A stretch of DNA of 63,711 nucleotides, counting the filler, from Octopus bimaculoides (taxonomy: Eukaryota), in NCBI RefSeq assembly GCF_001194135.2. It is 5 parts of 5 records of this genome, joined end to end, with 100 filler letters (N's around TTAATTAATTAA, not from the genome) between each part and the next. Parts side by side here need not be neighbours in the genome. Positions count along the whole stretch, not along the records: positions 19,515 to 50,866 come from NC_069005.1; positions 50,967 to 58,292 come from NC_068981.1; positions 58,393 to 60,797 come from NW_026342611.1; positions 60,898 to 63,711 come from NW_026423437.1; 1 more part is not named here. One strand, written 5' to 3'. Positions 48,894 to 61,755 of this stretch are shown piece after piece. Made by a program: the position numbers and the translations under genes. The stretch's first letter is position 1, and each line of letters begins with the position of its first letter. A model generated the notes under the pieces. The model saw only the letters and a list, made by a program, of their open reading frames with translations, made no database searches and was not told where the DNA came from.

Positions 48894-50479
48894 CCTTTCT
48901 ACTATAGGCACAAGGCCTGGAATTTGAGGGGAGGGGGATAGTCGATCACATCGACCCTAGTACTCGACTTGTTCTTATTTTATCGATCCCGAAAGGAAGA
49001 AAAGCGAAGCTGACTTCGTCGGAATTTGAACTCAGAACATAAAGACGGATGAAATAACATTAAACATTTGGTCCGGCGCATTAACAATTCTGCTAGTTCG
49101 CCACCTTATATATAATAATAATGATAATAATAATTCCTAATGTTTTTTTTTATAGTATTTTAATGATAGATCTTATATCTTCTTTCTCGTGTAATCGTTT
49201 ACATCAAATCTTTAAAAGATTGCATCAGAAAGTGGATAAGATGTAGACTTTGTTAATTTAATAACTTATAAGCCACAGTTGGACACTAAAATATTTAATA
49301 TAAAACGTATTGTGATTTATGATGAATTATCTCCAAGATTATGTAAAATAAATGATAAGTCAATTTATGGTCCATCATTACGATGACTGCGTCATCTATT
49401 TAATGTAAGAATTATATCCTGCAACAACGAACAAACCGAACGTTTCAGTTCTTCATAAAAAATGTTTAATTCCTTCAGACAAAAATACAATTATACCCTC
49501 TTCTAATAATTTTTAGTTTAGATAATAAAAATAATAATCCTTTCTACTACAGGTACAAGGCCTGAAATTTTGGGGAAGAGGTGCTAATCGATTACATCGA
49601 TCCGAGTGTTCCACTGGTACTTGATTTATTGACCTCGGCGGAATTTGAACTCAGAACATACCAGACAGACGAAATGTTATTAATAATAATAATAGTTAAT
49701 GGTTTCTGGTTCAGGCACGAAACCAATGATAATGAAAGGGACGGACGAGTCTATTCCATCGACCCCCCGAACTACCTGACTGGTTGTTAATACTTTTACT
49801 TTACCGGCTCTGAAAGGATGAAAGGTAAAACCGCCTTCGGCAGGATTTGAACTCAGAATGTAAAGAGTTGGAACAAATACTGCGAATCACTTTTCTTTAT
49901 TCGATGCTTCTATGATTCTCAAATAGACACAAGGGTGTGTCTGGGTAAGAGAATTTGTCGATAATATAGACTGCGGCCCGCGAGACTCTAACGAAAAATT
50001 ACTTTTCAATTTATTATTATTTTTTTTTTAGTAGTTGGCCCGCATGATGATGATCTGTGTCTCATGCGGCCCGCTTCTTGGAAAAGGTTGCCTATGCCTA
50101 CCACAAACCCAGGTACATAATGGGTCCTTTATTTAATCGAACCCGGTATTTAACCGGTCCTTTATTTTATCGATCCCTGAAGAATGAGAAGCAAAGTTAA
50201 CCCCCCGACGGATTAACAACGATACTAATAATTATAAGAAAGTAATCAAAGCCAGTCAGTGATTGCAGAAACGATAAAATAAGCAGATGCTTAAAGAATA
50301 ATGATGTAAGAAGGAGAAATTAACAAGTGAAGCTTACTGATGAGTTTATCGTAATCTACGCCTTTAGCTGACTTGCTTACAACATTCCATGGATTAACCA
50401 CATCATTGTCATCTTCTTCTTCTTCGTCTTTATCTTTTAAGTTCAACTCATTCATATTTGATTGGAATTCGTTTGCCAT
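40081..50479 (-). CDS. WARS1: Tryptophanyl-tRNA synthetase, cytoplasmic (whole gene; one internal exon not visible)
   Basis: Exons 50479-50338, 46104-45996, [about 120-nt HIGH exon missing], 44241-44059, 43128-42918, 42198-42025, 41128-40988 and 40239-40081. Motifs: [67 protein letters not shown]. Splice phases are consistent if a phase 2/2 exon fills the gap. Confidence 0.97.
40988..41128 (-). CDS. WARS1: TrpRS exon ([16 protein letters not shown]...[14 protein letters not shown]); absent from the ORF track
   Basis: caacag acceptor, AAG|gtaagt donor; 141 nt. Confidence 0.95.
41516..41737. mobile_element. piggyBac-type MITE in a WARS intron
   Basis: TTAA|CCCTTT...AAAGGG|TTAA; a partial reverse copy lies at about 37410-37555. 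Confidence 0.75.
42025..42198 (-). CDS. WARS1: TrpRS exon with KMSKS-type motif ([13 protein letters not shown]...KMSASD...IKNK)
   Basis: tttcag acceptor, AAG|gtttgt donor; 174 nt. Confidence 0.96.
42246..42440. repeat. (GAT)n/(GGT)n trinucleotide tract spanning a small gap
   Basis: Direct inspection; intronic in WARS. Confidence 0.95.
42918..43128 (-). CDS. WARS1: TrpRS exon ([10 protein letters not shown]...KGIFGF...CLIPCAIDQ)
   Basis: tttcag acceptor, CAG|gtaaag donor; 211 nt; AIDQ motif. Confidence 0.96.
43715..43820. repeat. (GA)n-AATCA minisatellite with a unit of about 20 bp
   Basis: GAGAGAGAGAGAGAGAATCA repeated about 4 times. Confidence 0.9.
44059..44241 (-). CDS. WARS1: TrpRS exon ([22 protein letters not shown]...[10 protein letters not shown])
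   Basis: tttcag acceptor, GG|gtaaga donor; 183 nt. Confidence 0.96.
44335..44890 (-). mobile_element. Cluster of three family-B SINEs with (AAT)n/(GAT)n tails in a WARS intron
   Basis: Repeated CATCGACCCCAG...ACTTAATTTATC...GAATTTGAAC motifs. Confidence 0.8.
45996..46104 (-). CDS. WARS1: TrpRS exon 2 ([12 protein letters not shown]...[12 protein letters not shown]); absent from the ORF track
   Basis: aatcag acceptor, AG|gtaaac donor; 109 nt. Confidence 0.94.
46150..46369. mobile_element. piggyBac-type MITE (second family) in WARS intron 1
   Basis: TTAA|CTCTTTAGCATT...AATGCTAAAGGG|TTAA. Confidence 0.75.
50338..50479 (-). CDS. WARS1: TrpRS exon 1 (MANEFQ...[17 protein letters not shown]...GVDYDKLI)
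   Basis: atcATGG start context, A|gtaagc donor. Confidence 0.92.
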
Positions 50480-50974
50480 GATGCAAGAAACGTGGAGGTC
50501 CGTTCCAATACTGAGCTTTCTCTTACACAGGGGAAATAATAAACTGCGACACCGGTTCCGGTTCACATTTGATCAATATCTCATTCGACTGCTAAGTCTT
50601 CAGCTGGTTCCCCCCCCCCTCCTTTTACAGAATAATTTCTCTTGTGTTTATTATACAGCTAAAACCTGTGGAATAAATGCAGTCCCGAGCCAATTATCCG
50701 GCAAATTTGGGACTGAAAATAAATATAATCCTAAGATTACCTCCTTGAAAATGTTTCTCTGCAAAGAATTCATTTAAAACATGAATATTGCCGAATGTGT
50801 GTGATGGATAAACCAACCTGTAGCTCTACTTAAAATAATTATAAATACTTATTCTAGTGAGCTAATNNNNNNNNNNNNNNNNNNNNNNNNNNNNNNNNNN
50901 NNNNNNNNNNTTAATTAATTAANNNNNNNNNNNNNNNNNNNNNNNNNNNNNNNNNNNNNNNNNNNNAGTGGGTT

Positions 50975-51870
50975 TATGGGAATGAATGCCTGAATGAATG
51001 CACTTGCGGAATATTGTTTGCAAAATTCGGAAGTGGAGATTCAGCCTTTAAGATGGGTTTGATGATAAGCTCCTTAAAGCATTTCTTGAAGAAAATCCTG
51101 CATTATCACATAAAGAATTGGCAATAAAGATTAGTTCAAACCATACAACTGTTCATCTTCATTTTCAACAACTTGGAAAGTTTCCTAAACTTGGAAAAAG
51201 TGTTCCTCATGAATTGTCCGAAGCCAAACGCAAATCCCGAGTTGACATCTGCTCTTCTCACGATTCTCGCGAACTCATTTCACCCTTTTTGGATAGACTT
51301 TTGACTGGTAACTAAAAAGTGGATCTTCTATCGAAATGTTAAACGTCGTAAACAGTGGCTTGGTAAAAGAGAACAAGCTCAACCACAATCGAGACGGCAA
51401 CTCCGTGGGAAAACGATTCTTCTCTCTATCTGGTGGGATTGCAAAGGAGTAATTCACTTTGCATTGGTACCACCTAATGCAACAATCAATGCTCACGTCT
51501 ACTGTCAGCAATTAGAACGTTTAAACCAAGCTTCGAAGAAAAAAAACTTGTTTTAGTGAATCGAAAAGGAGTGATGCTTCATCAGGACAATGCTCGGCCC
51601 CACACTCCAGAGGTCGCATAGCAGAAGATCGAAGAGGTTCGCTGGGAAAAGTTTTCTCATCCACCATATTCTCCCGACTTTTCTCCTTCAGACTCCCATT
51701 TGTTTCGTAGTTTACAAAATCATTTCCGGGTCATAACTTTCACAAGCCAAGACGAGATCGAAAATGACATTTCAGAGTTCTTCGCTTTGAAACCAAAAGA
51801 GTTTTACGTTGGTGAGATAGAAGGAAGTCATAGATAAACAGGGAAAGTACATTAACAATTAAATTTCAAT
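50975..51870 (+). mobile_element. Degenerate mariner (DD34D-type) transposase
   Basis: VPHELS, FLDRLLTG, IWWDCKGVIH, LHQDNARPHT and HPPYSPDFSPSDSHLFRSL, with stops and frameshifts. Confidence 0.92.
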
Positions 51871-52149
51871 TGAATATAACATTTGATCACTTGTAGTCGT
51901 TATTAGGAACATGAAAAATGTGTCCTCAAAAATTTGTTTCAAGTCACATATATTATTCAAAAAGAGTTTGAACGACTCTATGCAAATTATAGCTTTATAG
52001 CCTAAAGAAAAGTAACTAAACTCATCGGGCTTCCGTCCTACGAGCTTCTTGAGTTATGTTAGTTTTGAAACCCAACAAAACTTGGAGTTATGTGGAGGCG
52101 AATCAACCTATTATTAGATAAAATGTATGCATATATATGAGAGTGTATA

Positions 52150-52186
<37 letters not shown>

Positions 52187-52878
52187 AGTACAGGACATAA
52201 CCAATGAGTGAAAAATACGCAGGCACACTGAAGATAAGCACAGACAAAATACCAAAAGTACACAATAAGTCCAGGACATGACCAAGGAGTGAAAAGTACG
52301 TAAACACATAGAGAAAAACACGTACGGAATAAACTGCCGAAATATGTCTAACTCCTCCTCAGTTGTCCATTCGTTTCAAATTTTAGTACAAGTCGAGCAA
52401 ATTTATGGCTGTGATTAATCGACACTAGTGCTCAAATCAGACTTATTTTATTGCACTGAAAAAATAAATGGAAAATACACCCTGCATGGAATTTGAAATC
52501 AGGACTTCATGACACAGCAAATGCCGTGAAGCAGTTTGCCCAGTTTATTCCCTATTCTACAAGCTAGCAATGTTACTATGATTCAATATTCTCACTTTGA
52601 CTTAAAAAATTAACGACTATTCACTGCAATGTTTTTTTGTTTTTTCGAAAATTCACAAGTCATGTGTTATTTCACGTAGCTCGCTTTATAATTGTTATTT
52701 AATGCACTTCAGCCATCCGGAGATGAAGATTTGCCAATTTCCAACTTATTACTATAACAAAAAAAATTAATCCAGTTATTCGCCGTGTCTTGTGTGTTTC
52801 ACATGCAGGCTGTTACACTCAATTATATACTCTTTGATGAGTAACCTCTGATAGATAGATAGATAGATAGATAGATAT

Positions 52879-52921
<43 letters not shown>

Positions 52922-53219
52922 TGTGTATATGCATGCGCGCACATAAGCTATATCTACGTATACAGGTATATTAGCAAAATAATGTAGTCAGAATTTTGAG
53001 ACGTTCTATTTATTGAGCGATGTTATCCCTTTCAAGGATTTAACATGAATAATTGGCTATTGTAAATTTAACTATTTTATATGTGTGAGTAAGCGGAAAA
53101 CATCATGTGTTCAATGTGTTTTCTAGAGTATGGGAAAATATCTTTTGGCGGTGCCTATTTGAGACGCTTTTCTCATTCTGAATGCACCGATGTGTGAATA
53201 TACGTGTCCATGCTAGTAT

Positions 53220-53259
<40 letters not shown>

Positions 53260-53844
53260 TTGTGAGTCGTGAATTTTTAAACGTTGTATACAAGAGAGTA
53301 TTTTAAGGGGTTGGTTAGAGAAGGAAAAGAATGTAAAAAGAAAATTTTAAAAAAACATAAAGTTATAGAGCGGCGTTTTCTATAAAGGTTGATTTAATGG
53401 CTGGTTAAAAGAGGTCAAACACTAACAATCATAATAAACTGTTGCTTTTAGTCGTTGAAGAACTGCTAGTTTTTTTTTCTTCTCTGTTAACTGTTAGACC
53501 GCTTAGTTCTCTGAATTGTTTGGAAACACTTTTAAATGTGTGTGTGTATGCGCACATGTTTGCGCGTGAGTGTGTGTTGAAGAGATAATTTTTCCATCAA
53601 TTTTCCATCAATTAATGATATCAAATTATGTTTTGATTTGGTACATCTGGGAAAGTAATTTCTCTTTCTAACATTTCCTCACATTGAAAAGAAAAATATG
53701 CATTTTACACGCTTAGTGTTGGTGAGAATGCGCTTTTGGATCATCGATTGGGTATTTATAGAAATGAAATATATTGGGCCTATAGTTTCTATATATTTCT
53801 GGAAGTGTTCCCAATGGAACACTTTTTGGAAAAATTGCATTTGT

Positions 53845-54030
53845 TTAATATGTTTTGCCTGTCATTTTGTAAAATAGAGTAGTTGTTAATTTCACATTGC
53901 ATATGTATATGTGAATGTCTAAGAATCGTACGTCACTATGGTTGGTTCTTGCTGTGAATTTGAAACACGGATGAATGAGGTTCAGAATGTTATTGAATAT
54001 TTGTAGTTCATCATTTGGTTTATTCCAATT
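53845..54030 (-). mobile_element. Penelope-like reverse transcriptase fragment
   Basis: ELQIFNNILNLIHPCFKFT...VRFLDIHIY...LTTTLFYKMT matches the typical PLE RT pattern LN-x2-HP-x2-KFT...FLD...T-x2-Y-K-x-T. Confidence 0.75.
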
Positions 54031-54524
54031 TTTCTCTTGCCATCCCTCACACATGAAACGCAACCTTCCATGTAATTCCGTACGTTATAGTAAGACGTAT
54101 TAGAATCACAAAAACAATGCAATTAGACATCGTACAATAAAGTACGCCTAGAAAATAAGCCACAATTCAGCGTATATCCTTTGAAAGGCAAGCCTGCGAC
54201 CGAACAAAGTGGCGGTGTTCCAATACCATCGAAAGCAAATACTACAAAGCTACCACATCAGAAAAGGGTAAAATCAAATGACAGGTGAGATAAGTTAGAC
54301 AAAATCAATCTCGCCCACATGCACCCGACGACAACGATTCTTCTATGCGATAACTGGCCTGCAGCGTTATCAACGGCATCACTAAAAAGGCACCGTTCAG
54401 CAAAGAAGAAAGTAAATATACGAATACGAGATATAGCAGACATGTTTTAATGTGAGTGTATAGGTGTGTGTGCAAGTGCGTGTGCTTTCGTGTGGGCGTT
54501 TGTGTGCGTGAGTGTGCGCATGTG

Positions 54525-54563
<39 letters not shown>

Positions 54564-55899
54564 ATATATAGTAGGCCTTGTAAAAAGGAAGCAACGTTTT
54601 GAACAATGAAGTTCATAACAATATATTTTAATATCATTTGAATATCATAGAAATATACCTAGCAGATATAGCAAAACGGTTAGATATGTGTAAATATTGA
54701 CAGATAATTACGAAATTTGTAATTTTTATGTGATCTCATTTGAGATCACTTGTAGGTAAGGGGTTAATAGCCTCTCTTAATCTTCACCGTTTTGTGGAAT
54801 CTTCCACAGGTCCAACTAGTTTATACATATCTACATTAAAATCAAGAGATAGATTCTGTGTCACAGTTTGAAGGAGCAAGAAATCTCCAATTGTACAACG
54901 TGAAATGTGTATATCTCACTTAGGTAATCGATATAATTTGCTGGACGAAATAGTCGCATTGCGTCCGCTTTACGTTCTGTGTTCAAATTTCTCCGAGGTT
55001 AATTTGTCGTTCTGGCGTCGATGAAATAAGTACCAGTTAAGTACTGAGGTCAATATAATCGATTTGTCTCACCTCCGAAATTGCTGGCTTTCATTCAAAC
55101 TTTGAAATCAATACTGATAATCGCTGAAGATATGAAGCATTATTGGTTTTTGTTATGCGTTAAGTTTTAAGATTAAACGGGTTAGTGTTATAGCTTTAAA
55201 AGTTGATATGATAGCAAATAATTAAACCCATGTTAAAATGATATTACTTAATATGCTTTTGCTCAATATCATTTTACTGCCACTTGGCATCACTCTAAAA
55301 CTGATGGTAAAATTAGACACTTAGTTGTAAGCAGATTTACCAAAGTGTAAAGCGCCACATTATAACGTACTTAATCCCATACCGGAGTAAGAGCGCAAAT
55401 GACTCGATATTCTAATGATAGTAAATTTATAACTCAGCATTAAAAAAATGTGAGTATATGTAGTTATGATTTTACCTTCAAAGCTACATTATCGCAAGTT
55501 CAATATCACTGTTGGGCATATTGGGTCAGTATCTTCTACAATAGCTGGATGTTGACTGAAATCTTGTGGGTAAAATTGTGCTGACTCACATCTGATTCTA
55601 GTCATCAATATTTGAATTTCACCTCATCTGGTTTGACAGACAAATACCGTTGAAATTGTTTAATGTATATGGGGAACATTTGAACGAGTTTTATATTTTG
55701 AAATTTTTCCAATCGCTAACCCGTTCTAAAGAGTTTGACAATATATATAAATGTTGCAATTTGTACTCTAATGGAAATACCTCTTAAGATTATTTTATAT
55801 TTATTGGTATCATGAAAATCCGAAAACATATATTTCAGAAAACTCATAGAAAAGAACTTAAATGTACATCGTATAGGCACAAGCACATTAAAAAAAGAA

Positions 55900-56790
55900 T
55901 CGTTGCAGATGAATCCAAGATCCAGAAAGCCATAATGAAGTGGGTGACCGGGCATGACTTCAGTCAGAACCACTGGCTGTCATCCAATGTGAGGAAACGA
56001 ATAATATGCTGCTGAACGAGGACAAACGTGAATTAATCCACTTCGGAAAAAAGGATACCGTGAAACTCCACTACTCCCTTCCTTCAGGTGAAACTCTCAT
56101 TCTATCCAACGACATTAGAAACTTGGGAGTAATTGTGGATAACAACCAAAGCTGGGTCGCTCATATAAATAGCAATATATNNNNNNNNNNATATATATAT
56201 GGCCCACGGAATGTGATCCTGGATTCTCAGAACTTTCCAGTCGAGACATATCCACACTATTATCCTTCTCTCCTCTATTTATGTCCGATCCCACCTTGAA
56301 TACTGTTGTCCACTGCGGTCTCAGCGGACGAAACTAAGTATCATGAAGTTTAAAGTACCTCAAAGCTCAATTAAAAAAATGATAGAAGGCATGACAAGTC
56401 TTGACTAATGGGGTCGGCTAGAAACGCTCAAGCTTTATTCTTTCCAACGCCACCGTGAGTGCTACAGAGTCTGCATGGTGTGGAAAATATTCCATCAGTA
56501 TTACCTGAATGATGTTGGCATCGACTTTAAGATACAACCAAGACTTGGAACCCGTGCTATCCGCCCACAACATTTATCAAACACGTATATCATAACAACA
56601 ATACGGCACAATTATTTCAACTCAATTGGCTCCGCTCTCTTTCACATTACACCAAAGCACATTAAAGTAGAAACACACTCCAGCAAGTTCTAGACGTTTT
56701 TCGACAAATTTCGTTAAAAGCATTCCCGGATAAACCTCTTACACCCGGATATTTGTCCATAAATAATAACTCTCAGCTCGAGTGGGCCAT
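55900..56790 (+). mobile_element. CR1-clade LINE reverse transcriptase 3' fragment
   Basis: LLNEDK...IRNLGVIVDN...WVAHI, RSHLEYCCPL, RLETLKLYSFQRHRE...VWKI; multiple stops. Confidence 0.85.
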
Positions 56791-57974
56791 GTTGTCCGAT
56801 ACCTATCAAAGTGTTTATATATATATATATATATATATNNNNNNNNNNNNNNNNNNNNNNNNNNNNNNNNNNNNNNNNNNNNNNNNNNNNNNNNNNNNNN
56901 NNNNNNNNNNNNNNNNNNNNNNNNNNNNNNNNNNNNNNNNNNNNNNNNNNNNNNNNNNNNNNNNNNNNNNNNNNNNNNNNNNNNNNNNNNNNNNNNNNNN
57001 NNNNNNNNNNNNNNNNNNNNNNNNNNNNNNNNNNNNNNNNNNNNNNNNNNNNNNNNNNNNNNNNNNNNNNNNNNNNNNNNNNNNNNNNNNNNNNNNNNNN
57101 NNNNNNNNNNNNNNNNNNNNNNNNNNNNNNNNNNNNNNNNNNNNNNNNNNNNNNNNNNNNNNNNTGTGTGTGTGTGTGTGAATGTGTGTGTGTGTGTGTG
57201 TGCGTGCGTGTGTGTGTGTGTGTGCAATCTTTTCAGAGTTATATCAATAAACATATTGTTATAAAGAACCTTTTGCAAACATGCATGTTTTAAAGCATGC
57301 CTTTTAGGGAACAACATCTGAGTGGTTTAAAGTATTTTCATTCCATCTGCAACACTATATTGAATAGACGCCAGTTAATCTATCATTAATATAACATTTC
57401 AATAATTTGAAGACTGATAGAGGTTAGATAGCAATGGATACAATTGACATCATCCCGAGTCTCAGGTAGTATTTTACTCCCATATTATATTGTTTCCTAT
57501 AATTTGAAAACAATTCAGCACGTTTCGTTTCAGAGCATACTTTACAATGAATATTTTTGTTTTCCATTTGTTATCTACTTCATTATATTTGCTAATAAAT
57601 CAAAAGCTGCATCGCAGAATTCAAAAAAGACAGCACTAATTCTACTGGATGAAATTTCACGCACAAATTCAATCATTTGAACTCATGAACGGGCATACAA
57701 CAAATTGAGAAAGTCAGTTTTTTAAAATTATCTGTACATATTTATCCAAAAGGCAACATAGAGCATCAAGTAGTCTCATGCACACATATTCGTTGAGATA
57801 TTTCCTGTAGTTTGTATATACGTGTAAAGTAAACGTATGCGCGCAATAAGATCTTCAAATGACTAGTCTATTTATATATATTATTGATCTGCATATAATT
57901 ACACATATAGTCACACGCACTCGCACACACGCACATTTATAATACATACACACACACATATTTATATATATATG

Positions 57975-58160
57975 GGAGAATATACAAATAATAACAACAG
58001 ACGAGGACAGGTGGTGTAAATAACAAAAGTATATATTAGTATGACGCTCGGGAATACGGAAAGTCTTTGACGTTTCGAGCTACGCTCTTCAACAGAAAGA
58101 ATACGGAGACAAGGAGAAAATCACGGAGAAAAAAAATTGAATAGTGTTCAGTCAACGGTC
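57975..58160 (-). mobile_element. Penelope-like terminal repeat with hammerhead-like core (second copy)
   Basis: Same family as 34115-34295; GUC triplet in this copy. Confidence 0.55.
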
Positions 58161-58204
58161 AAATATATTAGGATCCACAATGAGCAGAACTTACTTGCAG
58201 GTAT

Positions 58205-58292
58205 TGGTAGTGCAAATCAGAGGTGCAATTTGTGTGGGTGTTTTTTCAAAACACTGTCTGGTTTAAAAAGCCACATCAGACGCCATGAAAGG
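58205..58292 (+). mobile_element. C2H2 zinc finger, probably an RTE LINE C-terminus
   Basis: RCNLCGCFFKTLSGLKSHIRRH next to a gap; a host zinc-finger exon is not excluded. Confidence 0.4.
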
Positions 58293-58854
58293 NNNNNNNN
58301 NNNNNNNNNNNNNNNNNNNNNNNNNNNNNNNNNNNNTTAATTAATTAANNNNNNNNNNNNNNNNNNNNNNNNNNNNNNNNNNNNNNNNNNNNATATCTTT
58401 CTAAATTCTGTTGCTACAACTACTTTGACGACCACCACCACCCACAAGTACTGCTACTACTACTACTACTGTCTGAATCAGCAGAGTGTCAGACAAAAGG
58501 TGCTTTATGGGTAGGTAAGTCTGTTTCCCTTGCTAACTTTGAATCTGTCGAGATACAGGATGGGCCCAAAGTCACACACTGAGACCCCCCTCTCCCCCAT
58601 ATTTCAAAAACAGCACTTTATGGTTAATTACAACACAAAACTAATTAGCAAATGTCAACATCCTGATTACAAGGGTTCGAAACATTCACCATTTGCAGGT
58701 TTTTTTATTGTTTGTTGTTGTACAAGGAACAGAATTTCCTGCAGAGATCTTTGCACTGGTTTCTTTGGACTTTCTTTAGCACAGGTAGGGGAGGGGGCAA
58801 CCATTGGTATTTGTCCTGCACACTGCATGTTGCATGGACTCTTTGCACTAATCA

Positions 58855-59250
58855 GGCACAGGCTGTGTGGTAAAGAAGCTTGCTTTCCAACCACATGGTT
58901 TCTGGTTCAGTTCCACTGCATGGCACTTTAAACAAGTGTCCACTAAGCCTCGGGACAACCAAAGCCTTGCGAGTGGATTTGGTTGACAGAAACTGAAAGA
59001 AGCCCGTCGTGTGTATATATATATATGTGTGTGTGTGTGTGTATGTACATGTGAGTGTGTCTGTCTGTCCCTGCCACCATTGTTTGATAGCCGATGGTGT
59101 GTTTACGTCCCCCGTAACTTAGCAGTTTGGCAAAAGAGATAGAATAAGTACTAGGCTTAGAAAAAATAATTCCTAGAGTCAATTTGTTCGACTGAGAGGC
59201 AGTGCTCCAGCATGGCTGCAGTCATGTGACTGAAACAAATAAAACAATAA
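58855..59250 (+). mobile_element. SINE family A, near full-length copy
   Basis: Head GGCTGTGTGGTAAAGAAGCTTG...GGTTCAGTTCC, body, microsatellite and tail CAGCATGGCTGCAGTC...TGACTGAAAC. Confidence 0.85.
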
Positions 59251-61127
59251 TCGACCAACAGTGTTTCAATGTTACACAAAATAATAATGATGATTAATAG
59301 GNNNNNNNNNNNNNNNNNNNNNNNNNNNNNNNNNNNNNNNNNNNNNNNNNNNNNNNNNNNNNNNNNNNNNNNNNNNNNNNNNNNNNNNNNNNNNNNNNNN
59401 NNNNNNNNNNNNNNNNNNNNNNNNNNNNNNNNNNNNNNNNNNNNNNNNNNNNNNNNNNNNNNNNNNNNNNNNNNNNNNNNNNNNNNNNNNNNNNNNNNNN
59501 NNNNNNNNNNNNNNNNNNNNNNNNNNNNNNNNNNNNNNNNNNNNNNNNNNNNNNNNNNNNNNNNNNNNNNNNNNNNNNNNNNNNNNNNNNNNNNNNNNNN
59601 NNNNNNNNNNNNNNNNNNNNNNNNNNNNNNNNNNNNNNNNNNNNNNNNNNNNNNNNNNNNNNNNNNNNNNNNNNNNNNNNNNNNNNNNNNNNNNNNNNNN
59701 NNNNNNNNNNNNNNNNNNNNNNNNNNNNNNNNNNNNNNNNNNNNNNNNNNNNNNNNNNNNNNNNNNNNNNNNNNNNNNNNNNNNNNNNNNNNNNNNNNNN
59801 NNNNNNNNNNNNNNNNNNNNNNNNNNNNNNNNNNNNNNNNNNNNNNNNNNNNNNNNNNNNNNNNNNNNNNNNNNNNNNNNNNNNNNNNNNNNNNNNNNNN
59901 NNNNNNNNNNNNNNNNNNNNNNNNNNNNNNNNNNNNNNNNNNNNNNNNNNNNNNNNNNNNNNNNNNNNNNNNNNNNNNNNNNNNNNCAAGTGTCCACTAA
60001 GCCTCGGGACAACCAAAGCCTTGCGAGTGGATTTGGTTGACAGAAACTGAAAGAAGCCCGTCGTGTGTATATATATATATATCTAAATGTATATGTATAA
60101 ATCTTGTGTGATCTTAGTTATTGTCTGGTTGCTTGAGGAGGTCAATAACACTGAAACCTATCCAAGGTTGTCCCCCCACTATTGCAATTTATTTTAATTT
60201 CTAAACCTTTTTTCTCATTTAATTTATCTTTGTTGGGTTCGTTCTCTTCAAATGAACCTTCATACTTAATTACTTCTCTTCTCGTTATGGATGTAACTTT
60301 TAATTGAAATCTCCTGCCTCTCTGTAATAGAAGTCAGTGGTAGTTTTAACTCTGGGGCAGTGTTCCAACCATGGCCATCTCGTCTTAGAGGGGAATATCT
60401 AGCATTTTAATCTATTGTTTTTCTTTTCATTCTTTATTCAAAGCAATTAGAACGGAAGGGTTGATTTTGAGGGTTGTTTGGTCACTATATCTAGCGAGGG
60501 AGAGGTTAGTAGTTGTGGTGGGAGTAGTATGAAGCACAGCAGAAGCTGTTGTAACCATTAACTTGGATCATTACCATAGTAACTGGTTGTGGTGGTAGTA
60601 ACAGGTGAAGTAGTGGAGGTGGTGGTAGTGCTTAGTCGTAGTAACAGCAGTTTTGGTTAGTGGATGTCTAAGTGCACCTTAGTAAGTGGTTGATGGAAGG
60701 TGACAGCAGAAGCAACTAGTGGTCAAGGGTCCTTTTTCTTCTTCTTCTTCTTCTTCCTCCTGCCCCTCCCTCCCATCCACTCCATGCCAATCACTCCNNN
60801 NNNNNNNNNNNNNNNNNNNNNNNNNNNNNNNNNNNNNNNNNTTAATTAATTAANNNNNNNNNNNNNNNNNNNNNNNNNNNNNNNNNNNNNNNNNNNNTAT
60901 ATTAGGGTTACTGAGAGATAGGGAGAGAGAATGAAAAAGAGATAGATAGATAGATAGATAGATAAATAGATAATAGCTAGTTAGCTAGCTAGCTAGCTAG
61001 CTAGATAGATAAATAGTTAGCTAGCTAGCTAGCTAGATAGATAGATAAATAGTTAGCTAGCTAGATAGATAGATATATAGATAGATAGAGATAGAGATAG
61101 ACATCGATAGAGAGAGAGAGCGAAAGA

Positions 61128-61205
<78 letters not shown>

Positions 61206-61720
61206 TATCTGTGTATCCCATTTAATGTAGACACATTCCGAAAAAGTAAAAAACACAATGAAGAAGAAATGTGCATCTAGCTGCTACTGATTTATTCGTG
61301 CTTTTAAACACAGTGAATACTGCAGTAAAGTTGCTTTCTCGTATGCATATTAAGTATGTTTCTTCTGTTAAATATGACGGATGTGTGTGTATGTGCGTGT
61401 GCTTGTGTGCACGTGCGTGTCCACGTGTGTGTATATGCTTGCATGTATCTATGTATTGATGAGTGTTTGTATCTCTAAACTAAACATACCAAATTTCAAA
61501 GCAAAAATAAATTAAAACTTTACAAATTATATATATCGCAGAATTGCTTTTCCCTTTTGGTACCAAACAAAATTCATTTTTGCGAATAGAACTTAGTTGT
61601 GTGATTCTATCCCATGGTATTACTGGTATTACTTCATTGACCAGTAAAGAGTATAAAAATTGATCCCGCGGGATTTGAACTGACCCCGATTAAATCGTGA
61701 CTAGATCGTATTTACATGCT

Positions 61721-61755
<35 letters not shown>

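Noticed and set aside
60129-60165. TTG-CTTGAGGAGG...GAAACCTATC-CAA, a possible third hammerhead
   Set aside because: The core has an extra base and stem II pairs poorly; not supportable.
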